Sequence record: MT135025.1
Length of the DNA: 64,000 nucleotides
Strand: one strand, 5' to 3'
The translations under genes were made by a program, and so were the position numbers. Shown here in pieces: positions 54,110 to 63,156 of the stretch (positions are counted from its first letter, which is position 1; each line of letters begins with the position of its first letter). The notes beneath the pieces are model-generated. The model was not told the DNA's origin and did not search any database. It saw only the letters and a list, made by a program, of their open reading frames with translations.

Positions 54110-55462
54110 ATGTGTGGAATTGTAGGCGTTGTAGGTCTTATCACGGCAAACGAAGAAAAAGTATTCAAGCAGTTACTTGAAGTTGACTCTCTACGTGGTC
54201 GTCATTCGACTGGCGTTATTAAGCTTTCTTCTGGAGGTGTAGTAGAGACACGAAAGAAAGCGATTGATGGTATGGACTTTGTTAAGCTTGAGGGCAACTG
54301 GATTTCATCTGGTGTTAACCGTATGCTTATCGGTCATAACCGCTATGCAACTCGTGGTGGTGTTAATGATGCTAATGCTCACCCATTCTCACATGGACAC
54401 ATTCACGGTGTTCATAATGGTACATTAACTACCCAACTTGGTTTGAAAGACCAACATAAATTCCCTGTTGATTCTGATAACCTTTTCTACGATATGGCAC
54501 ATGGTAGTCTACGTGAAACAGCTAAGAAAATCTCAGGTGCTTGGACTGTTGCGATGTATGATGAACAAGAGAAAACGTTTAACATGTTCCGCAACACTGA
54601 GCGTCCAATGAGCGTTGCTCTCTCGGAAGATGGTACAGTTATGTACTTCGCTAGTGAAGCCACTATGCTTGAGTGGGTTCTTGACCGTAATAATGTTAAG
54701 TACAAAGACATTCTTAACCTAACTCCAGCTAAGCTGATTACTATCGAACCTACTGCTGTTGCAAATGCTGACGGTAAACGTGTTCCTGATTTGATGTCTA
54801 TTACTGACATTGAATACAAGAAAGTTCCTGCTGCCCCGGCTCGTGGTGCAAAAAAGTTCCTTTCAGACTTCGGGTTAAATATCCAAAAAAAGTATCCAAT
54901 TTCTTTAATCAACAGAAAGAAAACAAATGCAGGGTACGAGTATGAAGTTGAGCTTATGATTCCTCCATACAACTCTTGGACTGTATACGCTTACCAACCT
55001 AAGACTGCGGAAGTTCTTAGTAAGTTGTACGACAATGACGAGATTGCATGTTCTGTGTTAACTATTGGTTACTCATCTAACATGCCACACTGCTGGGGTA
55101 TGGATATTGAGCCAGCTACGGAAGAAGCTCTTAAAATCCTTGCGGATGAAGAAGCAGCAGCGGCAGCGGCTGTAATTGACCAAAACGATGTTGATGATTT
55201 GACAGAAGATGAGCTTAGTCAAATCTTTGATGCTTATGGTATCACCCAAATCAAAAAGGAATGGTATGACCACAATGGTTTAGCTATGACAGAAGCTGAG
55301 TTTGAAAAGACTCAAGCAGGTCAGCATGGCTGTTGTATGTGTGGCGACCACTTCCAAGAACCAGAAGATGTAGTGTGGAACGATGATGGCGACACTGCAT
55401 TTTGTACAGACTGTGTAGAAGCATACAACGCTATTTACGGAACTCAAGCACAATCTAAGTAA
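54110..55462 (+). CDS. Class II (Ntn) glutamine amidotransferase with a C-terminal zinc-finger-like domain
   Basis: MCGIVG, RGRHSTG, GHNRYAT, NAHPF, HNGTL, VDS; CCMC...CTDC. Confidence 0.92.
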   Translation: MCGIVGVVGLITANEEKVFKQLLEVDSLRGRHSTGVIKLSSGGVVETRKKAIDGMDFVKLEGNWISSGVNRMLIGHNRYATRGGVNDANAHPFSHGHIHGVHNGTLTTQLGLKDQHKFPVDSDNLFYDMAHGSLRETAKKISGAWTVAMYDEQEKTFNMFRNTERPMSVALSEDGTVMYFASEATMLEWVLDRNNVKYKDILNLTPAKLITIEPTAVANADGKRVPDLMSITDIEYKKVPAAPARGAKKFLSDFGLNIQKKYPISLINRKKTNAGYEYEVELMIPPYNSWTVYAYQPKTAEVLSKLYDNDEIACSVLTIGYSSNMPHCWGMDIEPATEEALKILADEEAAAAAAVIDQNDVDDLTEDELSQIFDAYGITQIKKEWYDHNGLAMTEAEFEKTQAGQHGCCMCGDHFQEPEDVVWNDDGDTAFCTDCVEAYNAIYGTQAQSK

Positions 55463-55489
55463 TTCACTAACAGAGAGAGAGATTTAATT

Positions 55490-56338
55490 ATGTCAAATTC
55501 AGTATTCGGTAAAGTAACACTAGGCGCAGACCCAGAAATCTTCTTAGTAAAACCTGATGGTACTCCTTGGGGTGCATTAACTACTGGCTGTAAAGGTACT
55601 AAAGAAGTGCCTGAGCCTACAGAGTACGGTGCATTACAAGTAGATGGTCTAGCTCTTGAATACAACATTCATCCAGTTGACAAATTAGAAGATTGGCTTG
55701 ACCTGCACACAGCAGCTTTAACACATATTGCTGACACAGCAGATAAAGCTGGTCTTGAAATTGACTCAAGCTCTCGTTTGGACTTTACCTCATACATTGA
55801 TGGTAACGGTGCCACTGAAGATGAGTTACTATTCGGTTGTGACCCTGACTTTAACGCAGACACAATGGAAGAAAACACCATGCCAGATAACGATGGTTCT
55901 ATCAAGTTCCGTACTACTGGCGGTCATGTTCACATCGGTCTAGCAAACTGGGGTGAGTTGCACGGTGGTGATGATAAGATTGCACACATGATGGCATCTA
56001 AAATCATCTTTGTATGTGACGCAATCCTTGGTCTACGTTCTGTCCTAACAGATGATGGTGTAGCTCGTAAAGAATTGTATGGTAAAGCTGGTGCTTACCG
56101 TGTTAAACCTTACGGTGTTGAATACCGTACACTATCAAACTTCTGGCTATTTGATGAAGAAGAAATGAAGTTCATCTTTGATGCACTAAACAATATCTTT
56201 GCATCTGATGCTGAGTTTGAACGTGTGTCAGAGTTTGCAACACTAAACCGTGCTGACATTGTTAAAGCAATCAACACGAACGACAAAGAGCTTGCTATCA
56301 AGCTACTAGCTGGTGACGCCCCATTAACTGATAAATAA
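55490..56338 (+). CDS. phiEco32-like COOH-NH2 ligase type 2
   Basis: TLGADPEIF, QVDGLALEYN, GCDPD, GGHVHIG, GAYR.KPYGVEYRTLSNFW. Confidence 0.92.
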   Translation: MSNSVFGKVTLGADPEIFLVKPDGTPWGALTTGCKGTKEVPEPTEYGALQVDGLALEYNIHPVDKLEDWLDLHTAALTHIADTADKAGLEIDSSSRLDFTSYIDGNGATEDELLFGCDPDFNADTMEENTMPDNDGSIKFRTTGGHVHIGLANWGELHGGDDKIAHMMASKIIFVCDAILGLRSVLTDDGVARKELYGKAGAYRVKPYGVEYRTLSNFWLFDEEEMKFIFDALNNIFASDAEFERVSEFATLNRADIVKAINTNDKELAIKLLAGDAPLTDK

Positions 56339-56349
56339 AGGAGTACCAA

Positions 56350-56946
56350 ATGAAGAACTTCCATGATAATGCACACGCTAATAACCGACTATCCCGTTGC
56401 TTTGTGTGCATTAAGATTAATGGCAAGTGGGTAACTAAACGTATTGCAGAAGCAACTAAGCAAAATATCATCTGCCGTGATGGTGAGGTTTACCCACTAC
56501 ATAGTGATGATGTTAAGATTACGTTTGATAACTTAGGTTATGTTAACACTCAACATCAAGCTATCTTCGTAAGCCGTACTCCTAAGCGTATGTGGAAAGC
56601 TGGTCTGGTTCCTGAGAACATTCAGGCAGAACACATTCACCCACAGCATCTACGCCACGGCGACATGGTTGAGTTTGACAAGTGTCTAGACAAGTTGATG
56701 AACAATGTATATCCATCTTACCGCATGGCTTACCTGCGAGTTAAGAACGGCAAGTGTGCAGCATCAGCTTTCCATCGTAACTTCGCTGTATCCTTGAGCG
56801 ACTTTACAGAACATTTGGTTCTTTACTATAAGAACTACGAAATCGGATTCATTGATAATGATTCTGAACAAATTGTGGTGGGTGATTCTTACACCCATCT
56901 ACGTGAACAAATCTTTGAAGCAACAGGTATGGAGTGTATCTCATGA
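56350..56946 (+). CDS. Conserved hypothetical protein of the amidoligase cluster
   Basis: LGYVN...F.SR.P.R.WK.G; AF.R.FA. Confidence 0.65.
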   Translation: MKNFHDNAHANNRLSRCFVCIKINGKWVTKRIAEATKQNIICRDGEVYPLHSDDVKITFDNLGYVNTQHQAIFVSRTPKRMWKAGLVPENIQAEHIHPQHLRHGDMVEFDKCLDKLMNNVYPSYRMAYLRVKNGKCAASAFHRNFAVSLSDFTEHLVLYYKNYEIGFIDNDSEQIVVGDSYTHLREQIFEATGMECIS

Positions 56947-57788
56947 AGAAAATCGCAGACATCTTTAAACTAAAACGTCCTCGCAATGATGACTCTTTTG
57001 GTGTAGAGCTGGAACTTGAGTATAACAACCGTCCTGCTGCCTCAGATGAGTGGAAAATGGAGCATGATGGCTCTCTGCGTGTCGCTGGTATCGAATACGT
57101 AATGAGAGAGCCTATGAGCCTAGCTGATAGTAAAGTAGCTTTACAGAACCTCTCAGACAAGTTCAAAGCTGTTAAGAACAACCCAAAAGCTACCAACTTG
57201 GCATCATCTCATATCCACATCAACGTCTCTCACATGACGTTACAAGAGTTTATCCAGTTCGTTAGTCTTGTACTGCTATTCGAACCACACATCGGTAAGC
57301 ATGGTGGTCAAGACCGTTGGATGAACTACTTTGCAGTGAGTTCACAAGAGAGTGGCATCCTAATTCGTGAGTTGTTAAAAGTGCGTACCGAAGAACAGTT
57401 CGCTAAATTCATCTTACGAGTAAATCAGCGTGACTGGCGCTACAACGGGATTAACTTTGCATCTGTGGCAAAGTATGGCTCGCTTGAAATTCGCTACTTA
57501 GGGGCTATGCCAGAGCCTCTGGATGTTATTCCTTGGCTTGAGTTCTACGATACACTTCGTGAAGCTGCAATGAATGACATTCAATGGGGTATGGTATTTG
57601 AAACAGTATCAGCAGGTGAGACATTCTTACTTGAGGGTACATTCAAAACTCCATTCCCTCTAAATCAAGATGACCTACTACTTGGTGCTCGTATGGCACA
57701 AGATTTGGTCTACCCAGTATACCATGATGCAAAAGGCGCTCCTTTCGCAGAAACATGGAAACTTACTAACTACTACGCAAACGTATAA
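56943..57788 (+). CDS. Putative amidoligase (glutamine synthetase-like fold)
   Basis: FGVELELE, DGSLR..GIEYV, HIHIN, Y.GIN, GSLEIR. Confidence 0.88.
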   Translation: MKKIADIFKLKRPRNDDSFGVELELEYNNRPAASDEWKMEHDGSLRVAGIEYVMREPMSLADSKVALQNLSDKFKAVKNNPKATNLASSHIHINVSHMTLQEFIQFVSLVLLFEPHIGKHGGQDRWMNYFAVSSQESGILIRELLKVRTEEQFAKFILRVNQRDWRYNGINFASVAKYGSLEIRYLGAMPEPLDVIPWLEFYDTLREAAMNDIQWGMVFETVSAGETFLLEGTFKTPFPLNQDDLLLGARMAQDLVYPVYHDAKGAPFAETWKLTNYYANV

Positions 57789-57801
57789 AGGAAATTTAAA
57801 C

Positions 57802-58929
57802 ATGGCTATTAAACTACACGCTTACAAAAACGGTTCTGAATCTGCTAAGGCACTTCGTGATGCACTAGGTATTAAGATGTTATTACCTGCCGGTAAAGGT
57901 AAATGGAAAGGTAAAGCTGGTGACAAACTAATCAACTGGGGTTGTTCTACACCACATCCAAACAAAGGTCTAGCTACCTACGTTAACACACCAGAAGCAG
58001 TACGAAGTGCAGCTAACAAGCTGATTACACAGCAACGTTTTGATGCAACTCCTGCAATGGCTAATCATACATTGCCTTGGACAACAGAACGTGTTACGGC
58101 ACACCAGTGGATTGAGAACGGCGATACAGTAGTATGTCGTCAGAAACTGACTGGTAACTCTGGCGAGGGTATTGTAATCGCTGAGAAAGTGGAAGACCTT
58201 GTTGATGCTCCTCTGTACACTTTGTACAAGAAGAAGAAAGATGAGTTCCGTGTTCACGTCTTTGATGGTGAAATCATTGATGTTCAGCGTAAGGCTCGTA
58301 AACATGAAGTAGAAGATGACAAAGTTAACTGGAAAGTGCGTAACTTGGACGGCGGTTTCATCTTCGCTCGAAACAATGTTATCGCTCCTGTTGTTGTCCG
58401 TCAGGCTGCTGTTGAAGCTGTTAAAGCTTTGGGTCTGGTTCATGGCGCTGTTGACATTGGTCATGGTCGTCATGGGACTTACGTTTACGAAGTTAATACC
58501 GCTTGCGGTCTCGCTGGGTCAACCTTGGTTACTTATGCTAAGGCATTTGCTAAGTACCTAGGCATGGACGAAGATAAACTAAAACTAACTAAGGAGCAGT
58601 TAGACAATTACGTACCGATGAATGAAGGCAATAAGCTTATAGCACTTGCTCAACCTGAGATTGAACCACTCCCACAAGAGGCTCAGGTTGGTGCCGGCAT
58701 TGATGTTGGTCGTCCAATAGCTCAAGTTGAACAAGAAATAGCAGCAGCTATTGAAGCACAAGAGGAAGAAGCGGAAGAAGAAAAACCTCTACATGTACAA
58801 GAGTTCGGCAAAAACAAACTCCAAGTTACTATCAACTTAAGACAAAAAGATGTACGCATTCTTTTTGGTAATGCTGAATTAACTATTACTCGTGACAACT
58901 TCGCAAAAGTTGTACAGGCACTGAAATAA
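57802..58929 (+). CDS. ATP-grasp ligase with an acidic linker and C-terminal extension
   Basis: INWG, NKL, G.GIV, EFRVHV, VRN..GGF, GAVDI, EVNTACG. Confidence 0.9.
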   Translation: MAIKLHAYKNGSESAKALRDALGIKMLLPAGKGKWKGKAGDKLINWGCSTPHPNKGLATYVNTPEAVRSAANKLITQQRFDATPAMANHTLPWTTERVTAHQWIENGDTVVCRQKLTGNSGEGIVIAEKVEDLVDAPLYTLYKKKKDEFRVHVFDGEIIDVQRKARKHEVEDDKVNWKVRNLDGGFIFARNNVIAPVVVRQAAVEAVKALGLVHGAVDIGHGRHGTYVYEVNTACGLAGSTLVTYAKAFAKYLGMDEDKLKLTKEQLDNYVPMNEGNKLIALAQPEIEPLPQEAQVGAGIDVGRPIAQVEQEIAAAIEAQEEEAEEEKPLHVQEFGKNKLQVTINLRQKDVRILFGNAELTITRDNFAKVVQALK

Positions 58930-58962
58930 TACTTGACAGTGACGCAAATAAGGTGGTAGACT
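58929..58962 (+). promoter_or_regulatory. Sigma70 promoter with an ATACTTGACAGTGACG box
   Basis: TTGACA-18-TAGACT with TG extension. Confidence 0.6.
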
Positions 58963-59450
58963 TGTTAGACGATAAAGAAAAAGTTCTGATTCCTAATGAG
59001 CTTCTTCCGCCTAAGTATCAAAATAAAGGTTATCGGATGAGTTCTGATGGCTCTGTGTACGGGGTGTATGGTAAGAAGCTACGCCCCAATGATTACTCGC
59101 CAAATGGTTTTAACCATCCGATGCTTTTCAACCGTAACTTATGGTACATTCGAGCAGCCATGTTCGTCCCTAACCCTAATAACTACAAAAGGGTTGTCGA
59201 GATTGACAACGAAGTTCACTGGCTGAGTGAAAAGAAATACCGAGAAATGGTTGCTAAATACTTAGGTCGTGAAGTAGTGGAGCGAAAGCCCTTGAATGAT
59301 TGGGGTGGGGTATTGATAGAAATGCTTGAAAAGGGAACACGCATAGCTGATGTAGCTAAGGCTCTTGGCTATTCCCGTGCAGCAATCTACAAATACCTAG
59401 AGAAGAATAACTATGAATACAAAAACCGTAGACTTAAAAAACGAAAGTGA
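58953..59450 (+). CDS. Degenerate NUMOD4/HNH-derived protein with a C-terminal HTH
   Basis: YRMSSDGSV, FVPNPNNY without the H-N-H residues; IADVAKALGYSRAAIY HTH. Confidence 0.55.
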   Translation: MVDLLDDKEKVLIPNELLPPKYQNKGYRMSSDGSVYGVYGKKLRPNDYSPNGFNHPMLFNRNLWYIRAAMFVPNPNNYKRVVEIDNEVHWLSEKKYREMVAKYLGREVVERKPLNDWGGVLIEMLEKGTRIADVAKALGYSRAAIYKYLEKNNYEYKNRRLKKRK

Positions 59451-59694
59451 ATACGTTCCATCAGTACGTGGTAATCCTGCTGACGCATTGAATACATACA
59501 TCGTCACAATTTACGACACCAAAACTGGTAAATATCACGAGGGGCTACGAACTCATCATTACAGTGGTGAAGCCTGTGCTTTCTGGGTAATGCAAAACCT
59601 TTCAGACGGATACGAATTTGTATCTGCTTACAACCCAGACAATAATGTAACAATCACTAAAAAAGACATCCTAAAACAAGAAGAGGAAAAATAA
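59413..59694 (+). CDS. Hypothetical protein
   Basis: Overlapping operon ORF. Confidence 0.5.
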   Translation: MNTKTVDLKNESEYVPSVRGNPADALNTYIVTIYDTKTGKYHEGLRTHHYSGEACAFWVMQNLSDGYEFVSAYNPDNNVTITKKDILKQEEEK

Positions 59695-59696
59695 TT

Positions 59697-59936
59697 ATGA
59701 AAAAAGTAATCATGTACGCATCAAACTTCTCACGCTACGGCAAACTTCAAGCAGTTAAATCTACTCTAGCTCACCTATCTCGTGAAGCAGGTTTCATCTT
59801 CGCTTTCGTAAATGACCCAGAGCGTGGCAACACAGCTAAAATCAAATTCGGCAAGAAGCAAGTCTTTGTTCGAGACTTCAACCCTGCCCAACTAAACAAA
59901 CACCTAGAAGAAATGCAAGACATCCACGCTGTATAA
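59697..59936 (+). CDS. Hypothetical protein
   Basis: RBS and operon context. Confidence 0.55.
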   Translation: MKKVIMYASNFSRYGKLQAVKSTLAHLSREAGFIFAFVNDPERGNTAKIKFGKKQVFVRDFNPAQLNKHLEEMQDIHAV

Positions 59937-59946
59937 GGAGAAATTA

Positions 59947-60393
59947 ATGTCATTAAACCAAATGTTCGATGAGTTTAACTCACTATACCGTGTGAAAGGC
60001 ACAGACATCAACAAAGAATCAGCCAAGGGTTTCGTTACCCTTGTGTGTGATGAAGTAGTAGAGTTCGCTGAGGAGTTCGATAAAGAAACTCTTGATAAAG
60101 CTGCTGCTGCTAAAGAGGGTCTTGATGCCATCTATGCAGGTATGCAACAACTACGAACTATGGGTATTGACTTGGAAGCAGGGCTTAAGGCTCTGCATTC
60201 CTCTAACATGTCAAAGACTGTTAAACGAGTTGATGCTGAGAAAGAACTTGAAATCGCTCGTGAACGTTACCCAGAAGCCTATATCGACGAGGCTCAAGCC
60301 TACTGTGTTATTCGTGATGCAGCTACAGGCAAAGTAATTAAACCAACAACTTACACTCCAGCAATCGTAAACGAGGACATCTACAATGCGTAA
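59947..60393 (+). CDS. MazG/PRA-PH-like NTP pyrophosphohydrolase
   Basis: DEVVEF.EE, KEGLDAIY, HSSNMSK, GKVIKP. Confidence 0.85.
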   Translation: MSLNQMFDEFNSLYRVKGTDINKESAKGFVTLVCDEVVEFAEEFDKETLDKAAAAKEGLDAIYAGMQQLRTMGIDLEAGLKALHSSNMSKTVKRVDAEKELEIARERYPEAYIDEAQAYCVIRDAATGKVIKPTTYTPAIVNEDIYNA

Positions 60394-60745
60394 ACTAACA
60401 AAAGCTCACTTTAACTACTTAGCACGCCACATCAACCTACGTTTTCTTAATTATGAGAAAGCATTTCTAGAAGATGTTGATAACAAAATTAAAGGCGTTC
60501 CTAACTTCTCTTGGATTATGAAAGTTCAAGGTACTTTTAATCCACACCAGACTCCAGAAGTTGATAAAGCAATCCGTGCTATTCTTAATAAGCTGTATGA
60601 AGAAGTTAAATTCAAGAAGTACGAACACTTCAATCATTCATTCAACTGCTTTATGAAGCGTCTGTGTGTTGAACTTAAGAAACAAAACCCTAAGTTCGTT
60701 GAGTCTAAATTCCGTGAAGCATGTACAAAAGGGAGCATCCAGTAA
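60386..60745 (+). CDS. Hypothetical protein with repeated HF.Y/F motifs
   Basis: Ends NPKFVESKFREAC. Confidence 0.55.
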   Translation: MRKLTKAHFNYLARHINLRFLNYEKAFLEDVDNKIKGVPNFSWIMKVQGTFNPHQTPEVDKAIRAILNKLYEEVKFKKYEHFNHSFNCFMKRLCVELKKQNPKFVESKFREACTKGSIQ

Positions 60746-60746
60746 T

Positions 60747-61055
60747 ATGACAGCATTGAAAGAACAAGTGGGAGGCGACCACTACAAACGCCTACAATAC
60801 CAACCGCACACATTTGCAATGGACTTATATGCATCTGGTGGTGTGTATTCGAAGTACGATGACACAATCGAGCAACTTGAGTACTTCAGAGATTGTATTG
60901 CCAACGCAACTGTACGTGAAGTCACAGAAGACGACTCTCAAACCGATCAGTTCTACGCTCGTGGACTCGTGTATTACTTACTGAAATCTAAAGCAAATAA
61001 AGAGATTAAGATAAATCTAAAGCAGATAAGGAATAAGTATGAGATTAACCTATAG
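60747..61055 (+). CDS. Protein with a DUF3310-like N-terminus, core apparently missing
   Basis: QVGGDHYK..Y QP motif but no N..KY..R...K.G..DL.KA segment. Confidence 0.45.
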   Translation: MTALKEQVGGDHYKRLQYQPHTFAMDLYASGGVYSKYDDTIEQLEYFRDCIANATVREVTEDDSQTDQFYARGLVYYLLKSKANKEIKINLKQIRNKYEINL

Positions 61056-61326
61056 TAAGACTATACTACTATATACTATAGTTCCAGTTCTATTTCTTAC
61101 CAGTTGCACTACTACAGTTCCACCAGTTCCTATTGAATCAGTTACAAATACAATGGATGATGTTAAGAATGCTGTTACCAGTTCAGGTAGTACAGTTATT
61201 AATAACAGCTTAGAGTGGTGGCAGTGGGTGATTATTGGTATGTTCATTCCATCCCCGTTAGACTACCTTTCTTCATTATTTAGTGGGTTTGGTGGCTTTA
61301 TTTTGAAATTATTTGGAAGAAAATGA
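61039..61326 (+). CDS. Lipoprotein with a C-terminal hydrophobic segment (possible spanin)
   Basis: Lipobox LTSC; WWQWVIIGMFIPSPL...FGGFILKLF. Confidence 0.55.
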   Translation: MRLTYSKTILLYTIVPVLFLTSCTTTVPPVPIESVTNTMDDVKNAVTSSGSTVINNSLEWWQWVIIGMFIPSPLDYLSSLFSGFGGFILKLFGRK

Positions 61327-61342
61327 TAAATTTCATAGTTTT

Positions 61343-61375
61343 ATACTTGACAGTGACGGAATATTAGTGTATAAT
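61343..61375 (+). promoter_or_regulatory. Consensus sigma70 promoter of the tRNA cluster
   Basis: TTGACA-17-TATAAT, preceded by the same ATACTTGACAGTGACG box. Confidence 0.85.
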
Positions 61376-61480
61376 ATAGGACATGTTTCAACAATTACTG
61401 TACATCTATACAGTAGTTAGGAGGACACTAGCGTTGACAAACGATAGTCATCGTTGGAAAAGGAATAATAAGGAAAATAT

Positions 61481-61557
61481 CTGTGTGTAGCTCAGTCTGG
61501 TAGAGTGTTAGCTTTGGAAGCTTAGGGTCGTAGGTTCAAATCCTGCCACACAGACCA
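61481..61557 (+). tRNA. tRNA-Pro(UGG)
   Basis: CTGTGTG/CACACAG acceptor stem, loop TTTGGAA, GTTCAAATC, encoded CCA. Confidence 0.9.
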
Positions 61558-61565
61558 AATTAAAT

Positions 61566-61640
61566 ACTTCTGTGGTAGAGAGGCTCTTACATTCGGCTGA
61601 TAACCGAAAGACGTTGGTTCGAATCCAACCAGAAGTACCA
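61566..61640 (+). tRNA. tRNA-Ile(GAU)
   Basis: ACTTCTG/CAGAAGT, TTCGG-CTGATAA-CCGAA, GTTCGAATC, CCA. Confidence 0.9.
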
Positions 61641-61647
61641 AATTAAA

Positions 61648-61746
61648 GGAAGGATAAGCCGAAAGATTCTGGGTAGCGGCAGCGGTCTTGAAAACCGAAG
61701 GTTACAGTGATGTGACGTCAGGGTTCGAATCCCTGTTCTTCCGCCA
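61648..61746 (+). tRNA. tRNA-Ser(UGA) with an enlarged D-loop
   Basis: GGAAGGA/TTCTTCC, loop CTTGAAA, long variable arm, CCA; 99 nt. Confidence 0.88.
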
Positions 61747-61751
61747 GTTTT

Positions 61752-61838
61752 AGAGGGTTGACAGAGTGGTTTAATGTATCGCACTGCTAATGCGACGTCC
61801 GAAAGGATGCATGGGTTCGAATCCCATACCCTCGGCCA
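61752..61838 (+). tRNA. tRNA-Ser(GCU)
   Basis: TCGCA-CTGCTAA-TGCGA, long variable arm, GTTCGAATC, CCA. Confidence 0.9.
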
Positions 61839-61854
61839 AATATAGGAGAGCAAT

Positions 61855-61998
61855 ATGTACAACAAAAGCAAATTAGTACAAGAATACGTACTTTACTTAG
61901 AACAACGAGTAGAGTTTTTAGAACGTGAAAACGAAGAACTTAAAGGCTCTGCTAAAGACATGGAGACAGCAATTAATGAGCAACGTAACCGAAATTAA
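61855..61998 (+). CDS. 47-aa coiled-coil protein not in the ORF track
   Basis: AGGAG RBS; MYNKSKLVQEYVLYLEQRVEFLERENEELK. Confidence 0.55.
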   Translation: MYNKSKLVQEYVLYLEQRVEFLERENEELKGSAKDMETAINEQRNRN

Positions 61999-62392
61999 AC
62001 GTGGTATCGGTGAGAAGGAACGCTTAGAAAAGTTCGCAGAAGCTTATGCAGACAACGGTGGTGACCATATTCAAGCCTACATTGCTGCTGGTTTTAGTGA
62101 GAAAACTGCTGCTCAGAACGCTAAAAAGTATTTAGACAAAAACAACGACCATGTGATGGCGGTGGTTAAGCGTAGAATGGGGCAGACTTCAGCGTTAGCA
62201 CAGAAACTACTTCTTACCGCAGCTACAGATGAGTCTGTTCCTTGGAATACACGTCTTAAAGCCCTTGAGATGATTCTTAAGAACTCAGGTATTCAGAAAG
62301 ATACACTGGTTATTGAGGATACTAAGGCTGATGAGATGACACCAGAGGAACGACAAAAAGAGATTCAAGAATTGATGGCGAGGTACAACTAA
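61976..62392 (+). CDS. Terminase small subunit of segment B (start MSNVTE)
   Basis: FAEAY...QAYIAAGFSEKTA.QNAKKYL HTH; RLKALEMIL. Confidence 0.75.
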   Translation: MSNVTEIKRGIGEKERLEKFAEAYADNGGDHIQAYIAAGFSEKTAAQNAKKYLDKNNDHVMAVVKRRMGQTSALAQKLLLTAATDESVPWNTRLKALEMILKNSGIQKDTLVIEDTKADEMTPEERQKEIQELMARYN

Positions 62393-63156
62393 TGGCAGAT
62401 GGCTTACTTACTGATATTTATAACCGTCAGGCTCTAATCCCAGAGGTTACTTTACAAGAGGTAAGCCTACCAAAAGTTAACTTACCAAATGTTACATTAC
62501 GCCTTTCTGAGTTTGACCCTTTAGAAAATGCTAAAGCTAATCAGAAGCAGAGAGGCATTGAACAAGTAGAACAGGCTGCTGAAACTCAACAGTTTGACCC
62601 AACAGAAGTAGTATTTAACCATCTAGCCGTATTAGAGGGTAGTGGTGATAATGTTACAGATATTCCAACTGGTAATCTTGGTGTTACTTCGGTAGCTCGC
62701 CAAGCAGTTAATGCACCAGATGATATGCCTGATGAAGAGGTAGCACGGGAGTACCTAGCACTGCTTAATCGTCAGTGGGGTATGCGTAAGGGCTTCAACG
62801 AAGCACCACCTGAACTTCAGGCAATGTTGATTGATGCATCATATAATATGGGTGAACAGGTACTTAATAATAGTTACTTTCCTAAGCTAAACAAAGCTCT
62901 TATGGAAGGCAATTATGACGAAGTATCTAAACAACTGTTAGATACAGCAAATGTTGGTGGACAGTCTGTTAAGGGATTGGCTAAACGAAGAGCATTATCT
63001 TATAACTTAGCAAATCCAGACAACCCTATCTCTGAGGTAGAACAGCTAAAAGATGGAACAATTATCTACCGAGATATGAAGGGTGGCGAATTATTAAGCT
63101 ACAGACCTGACGGTGGTAAACACGAAGCGTCTGAGGCAGGGAGATTACCTTTATGA
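62392..63156 (+). CDS. Lysozyme-fold protein
   Basis: LEG..D..T-like segment, MLIDASYNMG, F.KL..AL..GNY, GLAKRR. Confidence 0.7.
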   Translation: MADGLLTDIYNRQALIPEVTLQEVSLPKVNLPNVTLRLSEFDPLENAKANQKQRGIEQVEQAAETQQFDPTEVVFNHLAVLEGSGDNVTDIPTGNLGVTSVARQAVNAPDDMPDEEVAREYLALLNRQWGMRKGFNEAPPELQAMLIDASYNMGEQVLNNSYFPKLNKALMEGNYDEVSKQLLDTANVGGQSVKGLAKRRALSYNLANPDNPISEVEQLKDGTIIYRDMKGGELLSYRPDGGKHEASEAGRLPL

